64,000 bases of DNA, taken from Alphaproteobacteria bacterium (GTDB taxonomy: Bacteria; Pseudomonadota; Alphaproteobacteria; UBA828). The stretch is taken from assembly GCA_965214705.1 (NCBI GenBank), contig OZ243972.1:2848001-2912000 (forward strand), given 5' to 3'. Position numbers and translations under genes: made by a program. Of this stretch, positions 10,256 to 20,461 are shown one piece after another; position 1 is the stretch's first letter; the number at the start of each line of letters is the position of its first letter. The notes beneath the pieces are model-generated. The model was not told where the DNA came from. It did no database searches and saw nothing but the letters and a program-made list of their open reading frames with translations.

Positions 10256-10648
10256 ATGGCGGAGCGCTTCACAATGACCATCGACGGCCGCACGGTCGTT
10301 GCCGAACTGCTGGGTGGCAAGGCGCCCAACGTCGTCAAGGCGTTCACGGAAAGCCTGCCCTGCGACAGCTTCTCCGTGCACGCCAAGTTCGCGGGCGACG
10401 AGCTGATCGTGATGCTCCCGTTCTACTGCAACTCCGAGAACGAGATTCTCAACGTCAAGCCCGGCGACATCGGCTTTTATCCGGGGCGCCAGACCGCCTG
10501 CATTTTCTACGGCGACACCAAGCCGTTCGGAAAGGTCAGCGTGTTCGCGAAGATCGTGGAGGGCCTGGAGCACCTGAAGCCGGCGGGCAAGAAGATCCTC
10601 GCCAAGGGTCCGCTGCCGGTCCGGCTCGAACTCGTCGAGGGAGCGTAG
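10256..10648 (+). CDS. DUF3830/cyclophilin-like protein (resembles cucumopine synthase/McbB N-domain)
   Basis: 'APNVVKAF..SLP..HAKFAGDE..PGDIGFYP..IFYG' pattern. Confidence 0.75.
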   Translation: MAERFTMTIDGRTVVAELLGGKAPNVVKAFTESLPCDSFSVHAKFAGDELIVMLPFYCNSENEILNVKPGDIGFYPGRQTACIFYGDTKPFGKVSVFAKIVEGLEHLKPAGKKILAKGPLPVRLELVEGA

Positions 10649-10652
10649 CGCC

Positions 10653-11132
10653 ATGGCAGCAACCGAGACGACCGCGATCGTCGACCGGCTGGAGCGCTTC
10701 GGCCGGCGCAACTGGAAATCCGAGCCCGGTGACGTCACCCGGCTGCGCGCGCACAGCCTGCCCCCCATGGGCAACATGCCGCCCGTGCTCTACGCCAACT
10801 TCAACACCTTCTGGATGGGCGAGAACATCCAGGTCGTCCGTCAACTGGCGCTCGACAAGGCGTTGCCGCCGGCGGCGCTCAACGCCATGGCGGCGGCGCT
10901 GCTCAACCGCCACGCCGGGCGGCTGGCCAAGTGGAAGCTCACCGGCACGGTCAGGCTCGTGCGCGAGCTCGCCGCCTATTTCGAGGCGGGCGGCGCCAAG
11001 AGCCACGACGACGTGGTGCAGGTCTGCGAGGCGGCGATGGTCGCCTTCGACCGCATCAACGCCTGGATCGACGCGATGATCCCCTGGGCGCACCTCGACA
11101 AGAAGGTCAAGCTCCTGCCGGCGGCCGGTTGA
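10653..11132 (+). CDS. Helical protein resembling cucumopine synthase/McbB C-terminal domain
   Basis: 'R.W..EP.DV..L' near the N-terminus and 'DRINAWIDAMIPW' near the C-terminus; 4 bp after the DUF3830 gene. Confidence 0.6.
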   Translation: MAATETTAIVDRLERFGRRNWKSEPGDVTRLRAHSLPPMGNMPPVLYANFNTFWMGENIQVVRQLALDKALPPAALNAMAAALLNRHAGRLAKWKLTGTVRLVRELAAYFEAGGAKSHDDVVQVCEAAMVAFDRINAWIDAMIPWAHLDKKVKLLPAAG

Positions 11133-11156
11133 CGGCGCCGCAGGCGAGCAAAACCC

Positions 11157-12062
11157 ATGTGCGGCCTCGGCGGCGTCTTCTTCAAGACCACGGAGCACCA
11201 TCGCCGGACCGGCGAGATCGCCTATCGCGTGCTGGACGGCATCTTCCGGCGCGGGCCGGATTCGACCGGGCTCGCCCTGGTCCAGCCGGCCATCGAGGAT
11301 CGCCTCTACGTCGGTATCAACTGCGAGGAGCCCGGCGGCGGTGGGCGGGCGCTCGCGCTGCTCGACGAGCTCGGCCGGGTCGAGCGCGCGACCGACGGCG
11401 AGGGCTTCATAAGGACCGCGATCCGCTACAGCGGCGACGATGAAGCGCTGGTGGACGCGGTCGATGCGTTGGGGCCCGCCTACACCGTCGCCAGCATCGG
11501 CCGCCACATCGAAGTGGTGAAGCACCTGGGGGGCGTCGAAACCCTCGAGGAGAATTTTGCGATCACGAATTACGACGGGCCGCTCGCCATGGGGCTCACC
11601 CGCTTCGCCACCGAGAGCATCATCGACTTCACCCACGGGCAGCCGCTGTCCGCCAGGCTGCACCGCGATCTCGCCATCATGCACAACGGCCACATCACGA
11701 ACTTCCACCATCTGCGCTATCACTTCGAGCGCGCGGGCTACACCTTCACCACCGGCAACGATTCCGAGGTGATCGCCGTCGCCATCGTCGATGAGATGGG
11801 GAAGGGCGCGAGCTTCCACGAGGCGCTGGAGCGCTCGGTGACGATCCTCGACGGCTGTTTCACCTACATCGCCGTCACCGCGGACGAGGTGGGCGTGGTC
11901 AAGGACCCCTACGCGGCCAAGCCGCTGGTGGTGGGCGAGACCGACCGGCTGGTGGCGGTCTCGTCCGATTGTTGGGCGCTACGCGACGGCATCGACGAGG
12001 ATATCGAGGTCTGGGAGCCTGGGGCCGGCGAGGTGGTGACGTGGCGAATTCCGCTGCACTGA
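11157..12062 (+). CDS. glxB: Class II glutamine amidotransferase, GlxB/MgsA-like
   Basis: N-terminal MCG, 'RGPDSTG', 'RFATES', 'HNGHITN', 'NDSEV'. Confidence 0.85.
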   Translation: MCGLGGVFFKTTEHHRRTGEIAYRVLDGIFRRGPDSTGLALVQPAIEDRLYVGINCEEPGGGGRALALLDELGRVERATDGEGFIRTAIRYSGDDEALVDAVDALGPAYTVASIGRHIEVVKHLGGVETLEENFAITNYDGPLAMGLTRFATESIIDFTHGQPLSARLHRDLAIMHNGHITNFHHLRYHFERAGYTFTTGNDSEVIAVAIVDEMGKGASFHEALERSVTILDGCFTYIAVTADEVGVVKDPYAAKPLVVGETDRLVAVSSDCWALRDGIDEDIEVWEPGAGEVVTWRIPLH

Positions 12063-12745
12063 CCATCGACTGCGCCGGCCGGCCGACGCGCGCGATCAAC
12101 GAGGAGATTCGCCGCGCGGCGGACGACGGCGTGCCCCAGGTCGAACTGCTCAACCCGCAGGCGCGGCACAATCTCGGCGTCTCGGTCCTCAAGCCCATCC
12201 ACGTCGTCTACCGCGGCCACGTGGGCTCGTTTACCGCCGGGCTCTGCGACGGCATTACCGCGGAAGTCCACGGCACCTGCGGCTGGGGCGTGGCCGACAA
12301 CCTGATGAGCGGCGAGGTGGTCGTGCACGGCAACGCCGCCACCTCGGCGGCGCCCTCGATCCGCGGCGGGCGCGTCGTGGTGCGCGGCGATTCGGGGCCG
12401 CGCTCGGGCATGATCCTGAAGAAGGGCGAGCTCATCGTCGGCGGCAACACCGGCTACATGTCCGGCTTCATGATGCAGAACGGCCGCATGATCGTCTGCG
12501 GCGACGCCGACACCGGCCTCGGCGATTCCATGTATCAGGGCGTGATCTTCCTCGGCGGCAAGGCCAAGGAGCTGGGCTCCGGGCTGGAAGAGGTCGATGC
12601 CGAGAACGGCGAGCTCGACGATGTGGCGGCGCTGCTCGACCGCTTCGAGATCAAGGCGCCCCCAAAATTCCGCAAGCTGCAGTCGGACCGCAAGCTGTGG
12701 CACTTCAACAAGCATGACTTCGCGGCGTGGAAGGACGTGCTATGA
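12041..12745 (+). CDS. glxC: GXGXG beta-helix protein, GlxC/MgsB-like
   Basis: Repeated GxxG motifs 'HGTCGWGVADNLMSG', 'GDSMYQGVIF'; overlaps both neighbours. Confidence 0.85.
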   Translation: MANSAALTIDCAGRPTRAINEEIRRAADDGVPQVELLNPQARHNLGVSVLKPIHVVYRGHVGSFTAGLCDGITAEVHGTCGWGVADNLMSGEVVVHGNAATSAAPSIRGGRVVVRGDSGPRSGMILKKGELIVGGNTGYMSGFMMQNGRMIVCGDADTGLGDSMYQGVIFLGGKAKELGSGLEEVDAENGELDDVAALLDRFEIKAPPKFRKLQSDRKLWHFNKHDFAAWKDVL

Positions 12746-14154
12746 GCGAGACCCCCGGCACACCGCCTCCGGCCCATGCGGGCGATTCCTCGGTCGAGGT
12801 TCTGGACGAGGCGGCACCGGCGCCCAACGGCGCCTATCCGCGGCCCGACAGCTTCAGCGGCGTCTGGCCGCCCGAGGTGATCGAGGAGATTCAGGAGAAG
12901 GCCGCGCTCGGCCGCTACCAGATCAGGGGCCAGGCGACCAAGCGGCGCGGCCTGCCCTCCTTCGACGATCTCGTGTTCGTGCCCGCCGGGCTCTCGCGCA
13001 TGCCGCTGGAAGGCTACCGGGAGAAGTGCGACACGCGCGTGGTGATCGGCGAGGGCAACTGCGAGAACCCGCTGGTGCTGGAGCGCCCGATCATGATCGC
13101 GGGCATGAGCTTCGGCGCGCTCTCGGTCCACGCCAAGCGGGCGCTCGGCACGGCGGCGAGCCGCTGCGGCATCTCCACCTGCACCGGCGAGGGCGGCATG
13201 CACCATGAGGAGCGCCGCTACTCCGACAAGCTGGTGATGCAGTACCTGCCGAGCCGCTACGGCATGAACCCCTACGACCTCAAGAAGGCCGACATGATCG
13301 AGATCGGCGCCGGGCAAGGCGCGAAGCCCGGCACCGGCGGCGTGCTGCTCGGGCTCAAGATGTCGGACGAGGTGGCGGAGATGCGCGACCTGCCCGAGGG
13401 CGTGGACCAGCGCAGCCCCTGCCGCCATCCCGACTGGATGGGCGCCGACGATCTCTACATGAAGCTGGAGGAGATCCGCGAGGTCACCGAGTACAAGGTG
13501 CCGATCTCGATCAAGGTCGGCGCCGCCAGGATCGCCAACGACGTCCGCATCGCGGCCAAGGCAGGCGTCGATGCCATCGTCTTCGACGGCATGGAGGGCG
13601 GCACCGCGGCCTCGCCCACGATCCAGCTCGACCACGCCGGCATTCCCACCGTCGCAGCCATCGCCGAAGCCTCCGAGGCGCTCGCCGAGATGGGCAAGAA
13701 GGACTCCATGAAGCTCATCGTCGGCGGCGGCATCCGCAACGGCGCGGACGCGGCGAAGTGCATCGCCCTCGGCGCCGACGTGGTCTACCTCGGCACCGCG
13801 CCGATCATCGCCATGGGCTGCCACAAGCCGATCTACCTGGAGGACTACGCCCGCCTCGGCACCTCGCCCTACGAGTGCCAGCACTGCCACACCGGTCTCT
13901 GCCCGGTCGGCATCACCACCCAGCTGCCCAAGCTGATGGAGCGCCTCGACGTGGACGAGGCGGCCGACAGCGTGACCAACTACCTCAACGCGCTCACCAT
14001 GGAGATCCAGCTCTTCGCCCGCGCCTGCGGCAAGAACCGGGTGAGCGATCTCGACCCCAACGACCTCCGCGCGCTGACCTACGACGTCTCGCTCATGACC
14101 GGCGTGGACATGGTTGGCCTCGGCGGCCGCACCCCCTGGTGGAAGAAGTTCTAA
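12742..14154 (+). CDS. glxD: FMN-binding glutamate synthase family protein, GlxD/MgsC-like
   Basis: 'MSFGALS', 'TGEGG', 'GQGAKPGTGG', 'RHPDW', 'DGMEGGT', 'CHTGLCPVGITTQ'. Confidence 0.9.
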   Translation: MSETPGTPPPAHAGDSSVEVLDEAAPAPNGAYPRPDSFSGVWPPEVIEEIQEKAALGRYQIRGQATKRRGLPSFDDLVFVPAGLSRMPLEGYREKCDTRVVIGEGNCENPLVLERPIMIAGMSFGALSVHAKRALGTAASRCGISTCTGEGGMHHEERRYSDKLVMQYLPSRYGMNPYDLKKADMIEIGAGQGAKPGTGGVLLGLKMSDEVAEMRDLPEGVDQRSPCRHPDWMGADDLYMKLEEIREVTEYKVPISIKVGAARIANDVRIAAKAGVDAIVFDGMEGGTAASPTIQLDHAGIPTVAAIAEASEALAEMGKKDSMKLIVGGGIRNGADAAKCIALGADVVYLGTAPIIAMGCHKPIYLEDYARLGTSPYECQHCHTGLCPVGITTQLPKLMERLDVDEAADSVTNYLNALTMEIQLFARACGKNRVSDLDPNDLRALTYDVSLMTGVDMVGLGGRTPWWKKF

Positions 14155-14286
14155 GCGCCCCGATTAGGGCAAGCATCCCGCGAAAGTTCGTATGAAGTTG
14201 GCTTGGCGGGTCTATCCACCGACCCGACCATTCCCCCAACGCGACTATAAGGTTGATACACGAAGGCGTGTTGGCATTATTGGGGG

Positions 14287-14778
14287 ATGCGAAAGCATCT
14301 TCTCACTGCTTTTGGTATTGCCGTCGACGGACTCATCGCCGCGCTTTTCGGCTTGGAGGCGTTTGCAGTAGCAACAGCTGTGCTGGGCTTGGTATGCGCG
14401 TACGCATATCGGATCGAACTGCAGTCGACCTTTCGGTTTGTCCTGGGCAAATCGGGTCCGCCATGGGACGGCAAACATACCGCGCTCCAAAACCCGGGCG
14501 GCGGGATTCATATCGCGAAACTTCTCTCCAAAACAAAATGTCGCTCGGAGGCAGAAGATATTTTGGATATTTTCATCGACGCCCCGATCAAAGTAAACGA
14601 AGGGGCGGTCTATGCGGCATACGCGGCTGCGCTGGTTCGTTTCGGCGACCTTGTGAATGCGGGAGGAGTGTTAATCGCGGCGGATCGCAAAGAGGGTATG
14701 TCGAAAGAGGAACTCGATGCTTTCATGGATCGCTTCTACTACCCGAAGGAGCGGGGCGAGGAAGAACAAGATGTTTGA
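14287..14778 (+). CDS. Hypothetical protein with N-terminal membrane hairpin, lower GC
   Basis: 163-aa ORF with two hydrophobic segments, atypical codon usage, GGGG RBS. Confidence 0.55.
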   Translation: MRKHLLTAFGIAVDGLIAALFGLEAFAVATAVLGLVCAYAYRIELQSTFRFVLGKSGPPWDGKHTALQNPGGGIHIAKLLSKTKCRSEAEDILDIFIDAPIKVNEGAVYAAYAAALVRFGDLVNAGGVLIAADRKEGMSKEELDAFMDRFYYPKERGEEEQDV

Positions 14779-14841
14779 TTTGACGGAAGCAGAGGCATAG
14801 AGGCAGCCCGTGTGTAACTTTATGTTCGCGTTCCCTAATCT

Positions 14842-14934
14842 CGTCATGCCCGGACTTGATCCGGGCATCCGGGCATCCATATCGACCGGGTGCTGCGTCG
14901 CGACGTGGATGGCCGGGTCAAGCCCGGCCATGAC
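14842..14934. repeat. REP/RIME-like inverted palindrome pair
   Basis: Same arms as 6672-6765. Confidence 0.85.
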
Positions 14935-15035
14935 AAGAAGGGGGCGAGAGTCGCTGCGCACCGCACAACGGTTGGCGTAGCCATGCGGTCTAATGTACTG
15001 AGTTCGCGTTCTTTTCTCTGCGCCGCTCCCCCTCT

Positions 15036-15130
15036 CGTCATGCCCGGACTTGATCCGGGCATCCATCTCTTTCAAGGGGTCCGTCGGAGTGTTGTGTGAA
15101 CACGTGGATGGCCGCAACACGGCCATGACG
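15036..15130. repeat. REP/RIME-like palindrome pair, second arm degenerate
   Basis: CGTCATGCCCGGACTTGATCCGGGCATCC ... GGATGGCCGCAACACGGCCATGACG. Confidence 0.8.
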
Positions 15131-15189
15131 AGTGGAGGGTGCGGCGCAGACAGATTGAAACGTCTCGATCAGGACGCTGGGCAACCCGT

Positions 15190-16190
15190 TCAGGGTACGG
15201 CCAGGGGATCGAGCCAGGCGGCGAAACTCTCGCGGATTGCCGCGTCGTCGGCGCCGGCCATCAGCAGCAACGTGAGCAGCAGGCGGGCCTTGAGCCCGTC
15301 GAGCCAGCCGGCGCCGATCAGCCCGCGCGCCAGCAGGTCGATCTCCGAGCCCTTGAAGTCGTAGGTCTGGCGCAGCATCTCGCCCGCCCCGGTGCGGGAC
15401 GCCATGACCACCGGCACGCGCGCGGCCGCTTCGGCGAGCCTGTCGGCGACCCAGGCTGCGGCATGGCCGCCGCCGGTGCACTCCATCACGATCCCCCGGT
15501 AGCCCGCCTCCAGCGCCCGATCGATCAATCGGCCATCGTCGCCGAGCGTCACGGTGAGTAGCGCCACTGGCGCGACCTCGGCGTCGCGCGCCACCGCGAT
15601 GGTGCGGCGCGGGCCCGGCCGGCCGGCCAACCGCACCGCGCCCTCCGCGAACCAGCCGAGCGCCCCGGCCGGCATCGAGCGAAAGGCGGCGGGGTTCGAG
15701 GTGACGCCCTTCTGCACGTAGCGCGCGGCGTGGATCTCGTCGTTCATCGCCACCATCACGCCGAGGCCGCGCGCGGGCTCGTGCACGGCGAGGCGCACGC
15801 TGTTCAGCAGGTTCGCCGGCCCGTCCGGCCCGGCGAGCGTCGGGTTGCGCATCGCGCCGGTCAGCACCACCGGGGCATCCAGCGCCAGGATGCGGTCGAG
15901 CACGAAGGCCGATTCCTCCATCGTGTCGGTGCCGTGCGTGACCACCACGCCGTCCGCGCCGTCGGCCACCGCCTGCTCGATGGCGTCCGCCAGCGCGAAC
16001 AGGTCGGGGATCGTGACCTCCGGGCTCGCAGCAGGCGGAAGGTCTCGGCCTCGATGGACGCGACCTCGGCAAGCTGCGGCACCGCCTCCACCAGCGCGTC
16101 CGCACCCAGGGAGGGTTTGACGCCGTGTTCCCCACGCTCGGCCATGGCGATGGTCCCGCCCATGGCGAAGATCGAGACCTTCGGCAACAT
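15190..16190 (-). pseudogene. L-asparaginase/glutaminase with a 1-bp frameshift near 16030 (pseudogene or assembly error)
   Basis: 'AMGGTIAM' in one frame; 'THGTDTMEE', 'LTGAMR' in another; adding one base at CTGC^GAGCCCG restores LLxSPEVT. Confidence 0.85.
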
Positions 16191-16200
16191 GACGCGCGCC

Positions 16201-16776
16201 TCAGCCGCGCAACCAGGTCTCGGACCAGGCCAGGCAGCAGGAGCTCGCCGGGCGCCCGAACATGACATTCTCGTAAGCCCCGCCCTGGGCCCGCGTTCCC
16301 GCGACATCCAGCGTCGCGGTCCTGCACGGCACGAGGCAGCTGTAGACCGCCCACGGCCCGGTGTCGTCGTTGTCCGGCGGCAACGTCAGCATGAAGGGCT
16401 CGCCCATGTCGGACCAGCTCAGCTCGATGCGGCCATCGGCCGAGTCGACGATTTCGCGATAGGTGGAGCGGAAGGCGCCCTCGCGCGAGAACGCCGCCTC
16501 GGCGATCGGCATGGCGGTGTCGGCGAAGGGCGGGTTCAGGATCGACTCCAGCTCGCCCTGAAGCCACCGCGCCATGCCGACATTGTCCGCATAGAGCCTG
16601 ACCTCGCCGCCGGTCGCGTCGGAGCGGAGGAAGAGGCAGGTGCCGGGGCCGGCCGGCGAGATCAGCGTGCGCCAATGGGCGCAGACGGTGGTCTCTGGCC
16701 CGTCGGCCTCGGTCTTGAGCCGCAGGAACGAGTTCTCTCCGGTGAAGTGCACCGTGTTCGGATCGATAGCTGGCAT
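16201..16776 (-). CDS. Conserved hypothetical protein
   Basis: 191-aa ORF, GGGAGAAG RBS, host-like codon usage, ends 'LAWSETW'. Confidence 0.75.
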   Translation of the reverse strand: MPAIDPNTVHFTGENSFLRLKTEADGPETTVCAHWRTLISPAGPGTCLFLRSDATGGEVRLYADNVGMARWLQGELESILNPPFADTAMPIAEAAFSREGAFRSTYREIVDSADGRIELSWSDMGEPFMLTLPPDNDDTGPWAVYSCLVPCRTATLDVAGTRAQGGAYENVMFGRPASSCCLAWSETWLRG

Positions 16777-16884
16777 TGCGGTCTTCTCCCTTGATGAGTT
16801 TCCCAGAGCTTAACCCGCATGTCTCACCACAGGCCATGACCGTCGTTAGAAATGCGGGCCGGGACCGGCTATTCTGACCGGGTG

Positions 16885-17520
16885 ATGAGCCGCTCTGTCA
16901 CCCGCCGATTGGCACTGACCGCGCTGGCGGCCGCCGGAAGCGCGGCAGCGGCGCCTTTCGTCGCCCGCACCGGCTGGGCCTCCCTGGGCTACGCGTTTTC
17001 AGGCCCGGCTGCCGACCGCGGGCTCGGGCTTGCGCCGCCAGTGGAATGCACGCCCGGAACGCGCGCACGGAGGGCGGGGCCGTTCTACACGCCGCAGACG
17101 CCGCGGCGGACCACACTGCGCGAGCCGGACACGCGCGGAGAGACGCTCATCTTTGAAGGGCTGGTGCTCTCGCACGACTGCCGGCCGCTTGCCGGTGCCG
17201 TGATCGACATTTGGCATTGCGACGAGGACGGCCGCTACGACAACCGGGGCTTCCGCTATCGCGGGCATCAGTTCACCGATGAGTCGGGCGCATTCCGGTT
17301 CGAGACCATCCGACCCGTGCGATATTCTGGCCGCACACAGCATATCCACGTGAAGGTGCAGGGCGAGCGGACCGACGTCTTCACCACCCAGGTCTTCTTC
17401 CCGGACTTGGAAGAGGAAAACGCCCGCGACCGGATTTTTCGGGACGACCTCGTGATGCGTCTCGACAGTGCCGGGGGCGCGTGGCGGGGGCGGTTCGACT
17501 TCGTGCTCCCGCCGGCCTGA
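16885..17520 (+). CDS. Intradiol ring-cleavage dioxygenase-like protein with Tat signal
   Basis: 'TRR' signal; 'GPFY', 'DIWHCDEDGRYD', 'RGHQFTD', 'TIRP..Y..RTQHIHVKV'. Confidence 0.88.
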   Translation: MSRSVTRRLALTALAAAGSAAAAPFVARTGWASLGYAFSGPAADRGLGLAPPVECTPGTRARRAGPFYTPQTPRRTTLREPDTRGETLIFEGLVLSHDCRPLAGAVIDIWHCDEDGRYDNRGFRYRGHQFTDESGAFRFETIRPVRYSGRTQHIHVKVQGERTDVFTTQVFFPDLEEENARDRIFRDDLVMRLDSAGGAWRGRFDFVLPPA

Positions 17521-17744
17521 GACCGCGCCATCGGACTTTCGATTGTTGTGGCCCGAGCGCGGGAGTACACTGATTCGCGCAGCCGGGGTGTACGGGAAGG
17601 ACTTCGGTTGCATCGGCTGGTAGGTGCGGGCTCGCGTTCGTCGCACGGGTGGCGACGCGAGCATGACGGAGCGCCGGCGCAACAATAACAAGATGAGCCA
17701 GGCGCGCTCCCTTCGCCGACAGCCGAGCGGGCAAGGGGGCGACC

Positions 17745-19058
17745 ATGACGCAGACGCTATTCACCAACATCTCGATCTTCGACGGCTCCGGCAAGAAGTC
17801 CTACCGGGGCGAGGTTCTGGTCCAGGGCAACCGCATCAAACAAGTGGTCAAGGGCAAGAAGCGCATCGAGCGGAACGGCGCGGACATGGTGGACGGCGGC
17901 GGCGCGACGCTCATGCCGGGCCTGATCAACGGTCACTCCCACATCGGCTATTCCGAGGAGGGGACGTCCCTCTACTCCCTCGGTGATACGCCGCCCGAGG
18001 AGAACACGCTGATCACGATGCAGCACGCCCAGATCCTGTACGACCACGGCTTCACCGCCCTGGTCTGCGCCGCGACGGGCAAGACCCGCATGGACATCGT
18101 GATCCGGAACGCGGTCAACGCCGGTCAGATCGAGGGGCCGCGCATCCTCGCCGCCTCGCCTGAGCTCACGGTCACCGGCGGCCTGGGCGATGCGCGCCAG
18201 CTCCACATGTACCACGGGGCATTCTCGATCATCTGCGACGGCGAGGAGCAGTTCCGCCAGACCGCGCGGATGCTCTGCCGCGAAGGCGTCGACATCCTCA
18301 AGATCATGCCGTCGAGCGACGAGTTCGTTTACCCCTACGGCAGGGGCGACACGACCGTGATGACGGAAGAGGAGGTCGCCGCGGTCTGCCAGGTCGCCAG
18401 GCAGCGCAACCGGCGGGTCTGCGCCCACGCGCGGACCTCGGAGGCGGTCCAGTTCTGCCTGAAGTACGGTGTCCACATCATCCACCACGCGACCTACGCC
18501 GACGACGAGACCATCGACATGCTGGTGGCGGCCAAGGACGATGTCTTCGTCGTGCCGGCAATCGGCATCACCCACAACACGGCTTACGAGTCCGCCGAAT
18601 TTGGCATGCCGCCGGAGTCCGAGATCGCGCTCAGGCACCACCACGAGCTCGCCATCGTCAGCGAGACCGTCAAGAAGCTGCACGCGCGCGGCGTCCGCGT
18701 GCTGCCCTTCGGCGACTATGCCTTCGCCTGGGTGCCTCACGGGACGGACGCCCGCGACTTCGAGCACTTCGTGAACTACTTCGACTTCACACCGGCCGAG
18801 GTGCTGCACGCCGCGACCAAGCTCGGCGGCGAGCTCTACGCCCACGCCAACGCGCAGGGCAGCGGTATCCCCGAGATGGGCGAGGTCAAGGAGGGCTATC
18901 TCGCCGATCTCATCATGATCGACGGCGATCCGCTGGCGGACCTCACGCTGTTCCAGGACAAGAACAACATCCTCATGATCATGAAGGATGGCACGTATCA
19001 CAAGCCGCCCCAGCCGCGGCGCGGTGCGGCACGCCGGGTGGCCGCCGCGGCGGAGTAA
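17745..19058 (+). CDS. Metal-dependent amidohydrolase (prolidase-like subgroup)
   Basis: 'TLMPGLINGHSH', 'TGGLGD', 'AHAR', 'GYLADLIMIDGDPL'. Confidence 0.9.
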   Translation: MTQTLFTNISIFDGSGKKSYRGEVLVQGNRIKQVVKGKKRIERNGADMVDGGGATLMPGLINGHSHIGYSEEGTSLYSLGDTPPEENTLITMQHAQILYDHGFTALVCAATGKTRMDIVIRNAVNAGQIEGPRILAASPELTVTGGLGDARQLHMYHGAFSIICDGEEQFRQTARMLCREGVDILKIMPSSDEFVYPYGRGDTTVMTEEEVAAVCQVARQRNRRVCAHARTSEAVQFCLKYGVHIIHHATYADDETIDMLVAAKDDVFVVPAIGITHNTAYESAEFGMPPESEIALRHHHELAIVSETVKKLHARGVRVLPFGDYAFAWVPHGTDARDFEHFVNYFDFTPAEVLHAATKLGGELYAHANAQGSGIPEMGEVKEGYLADLIMIDGDPLADLTLFQDKNNILMIMKDGTYHKPPQPRRGAARRVAAAAE

Positions 19059-19064
19059 AGCGCC

Positions 19065-19210
19065 AGAGCGCGTCCGACTTTGACGGACGCGCGATAGGCC
19101 GCGACCGCGGCCCGCCGCGTCAGCGGCGCCCTCGCGGAGGCGCCGGCCGCAGGCCGGCTGCCGTGAGCGATAAAGGCGAGAGCGTTTCCGTGCGCGACGG
19201 AAACGCTCTA
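19065..19210. repeat. Intergenic twin-hairpin element between convergent genes
   Basis: GCGCGTCCG..CGGACGCGC and AGAGCGTTTCCG..CGGAAACGCTCT hairpins. Confidence 0.5.
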
Positions 19211-20461
19211 AGCCGCGGCGATGTCGCGGCGCTCGATCCCGCGGTGGAGGTAGAGCAGCCCCACGATAGCGACGCTCACGGCGCCGAGGAGCCCCAGGCC
19301 CGCGTCGAACCCGCTTGTCAGGTCCCACATCGCGCCGATCACGAGCGGCCCCAGCACGCCGCCGATCTCCGCTGCCGAGAAGAACAGGCCGACGGCCGCC
19401 CCGGTGTTGCGCGGATCGACGCCGCGCGTCTCCATCTGCACTAGGATCAGGACCGCGATCAGCGAGCCGCGGCCGATGCCCTGCAGCACCATCGCCACCA
19501 CCAGCGCCGGCACGCCCGTGGCCAGCAGCAGCAGCGCGCCCGCGCCGGTGCAAAGCGCGAGCGCGATGAGGATCGCGAAGCGCCTGGGCGGCGTCGCGAG
19601 CCTCGGAATCATCAGCGCGCCCACGATGCCGACGGCCGTCGGCAGGGCCGACCAGATGCCGGCCTCATCCGGCGCCATGCCGCCGGTGCGCAGCATCTCC
19701 GGCAGCCAGTTGGCGAGCGCGTGATGCAGAAAGAAGGCGCCGATGCTCATCGCCAGAATGACCTGAATGTTCGGCAGGCGTAGCAGCGCACCGAAGACGG
19801 CCAGCTGGCCCGCGATGGTCTCGCGGCGGAGCCCGGCCTGCTCGACCACGCGGTTGATCGGGTGGCTCGCGAGCAGGAACCAGGCGATGCCGCAGGCGAG
19901 GATGAAGCCGGAATAGATCAGCAGGACCAGGCGCCAGTCCCCGTCGAGGAACGGCATCAGGACGCTGTTGGTCAGCGCCAGCGCGAGGATGTGGCCTAAG
20001 AAGGGGCCCGTGATATAGACGCCCATGGCGAAGCCGCGCTCGGCACCCTCGAACCATTGCGCGATCGCCTTGGGCGCGCCGATCGAGACCAGCGGCCCGC
20101 CGATGCCGAACAGCCCGACCGCCACGAACATCGAGACCGCGTCGAAAGCGACGACGCGCAATCCGCCCGATGCGGTAATGATGAGGGCGGCCAGGAACAG
20201 CGACCACTTGAGCCCCACACGGTCGACGAAGGCGCCGCAGGGCGCGGCCGCCACGATATAGACCAGCGGCCAGGCGCCCAGGATGGCACCCATCGTCGTG
20301 TAGCTGAGGCCGAGGTCGCGGCTGATGGGATCGACCAGCGGCGCCATGGCCAGCGACAGCAGGCCGAAGCCGAAATAGATCAGCCACACCCCGCCCAGCA
20401 TGGCCCAGCGATAGCCATGCTCGTGGGGCGGTACAGTGGGTGAGGGAGTGGCGGGCGGCAC
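19208..20461 (-). CDS. MFS transporter (CynX-like); start uncertain
   Basis: About 12 TM segments; 'GAFVDRVG', 'AQWFEGAERGFAMG'. Confidence 0.85.
   Translation of the reverse strand: MPPATPSPTVPPHEHGYRWAMLGGVWLIYFGFGLLSLAMAPLVDPISRDLGLSYTTMGAILGAWPLVYIVAAAPCGAFVDRVGLKWSLFLAALIITASGGLRVVAFDAVSMFVAVGLFGIGGPLVSIGAPKAIAQWFEGAERGFAMGVYITGPFLGHILALALTNSVLMPFLDGDWRLVLLIYSGFILACGIAWFLLASHPINRVVEQAGLRRETIAGQLAVFGALLRLPNIQVILAMSIGAFFLHHALANWLPEMLRTGGMAPDEAGIWSALPTAVGIVGALMIPRLATPPRRFAILIALALCTGAGALLLLATGVPALVVAMVLQGIGRGSLIAVLILVQMETRGVDPRNTGAAVGLFFSAAEIGGVLGPLVIGAMWDLTSGFDAGLGLLGAVSVAIVGLLYLHRGIERRDIAAA

Noticed and set aside
6672-15130. Recurring ~29-bp palindromes as a possible CRISPR array
   Set aside because: They occur as dispersed inverted pairs, not as regularly spaced direct repeats, and there are no cas genes
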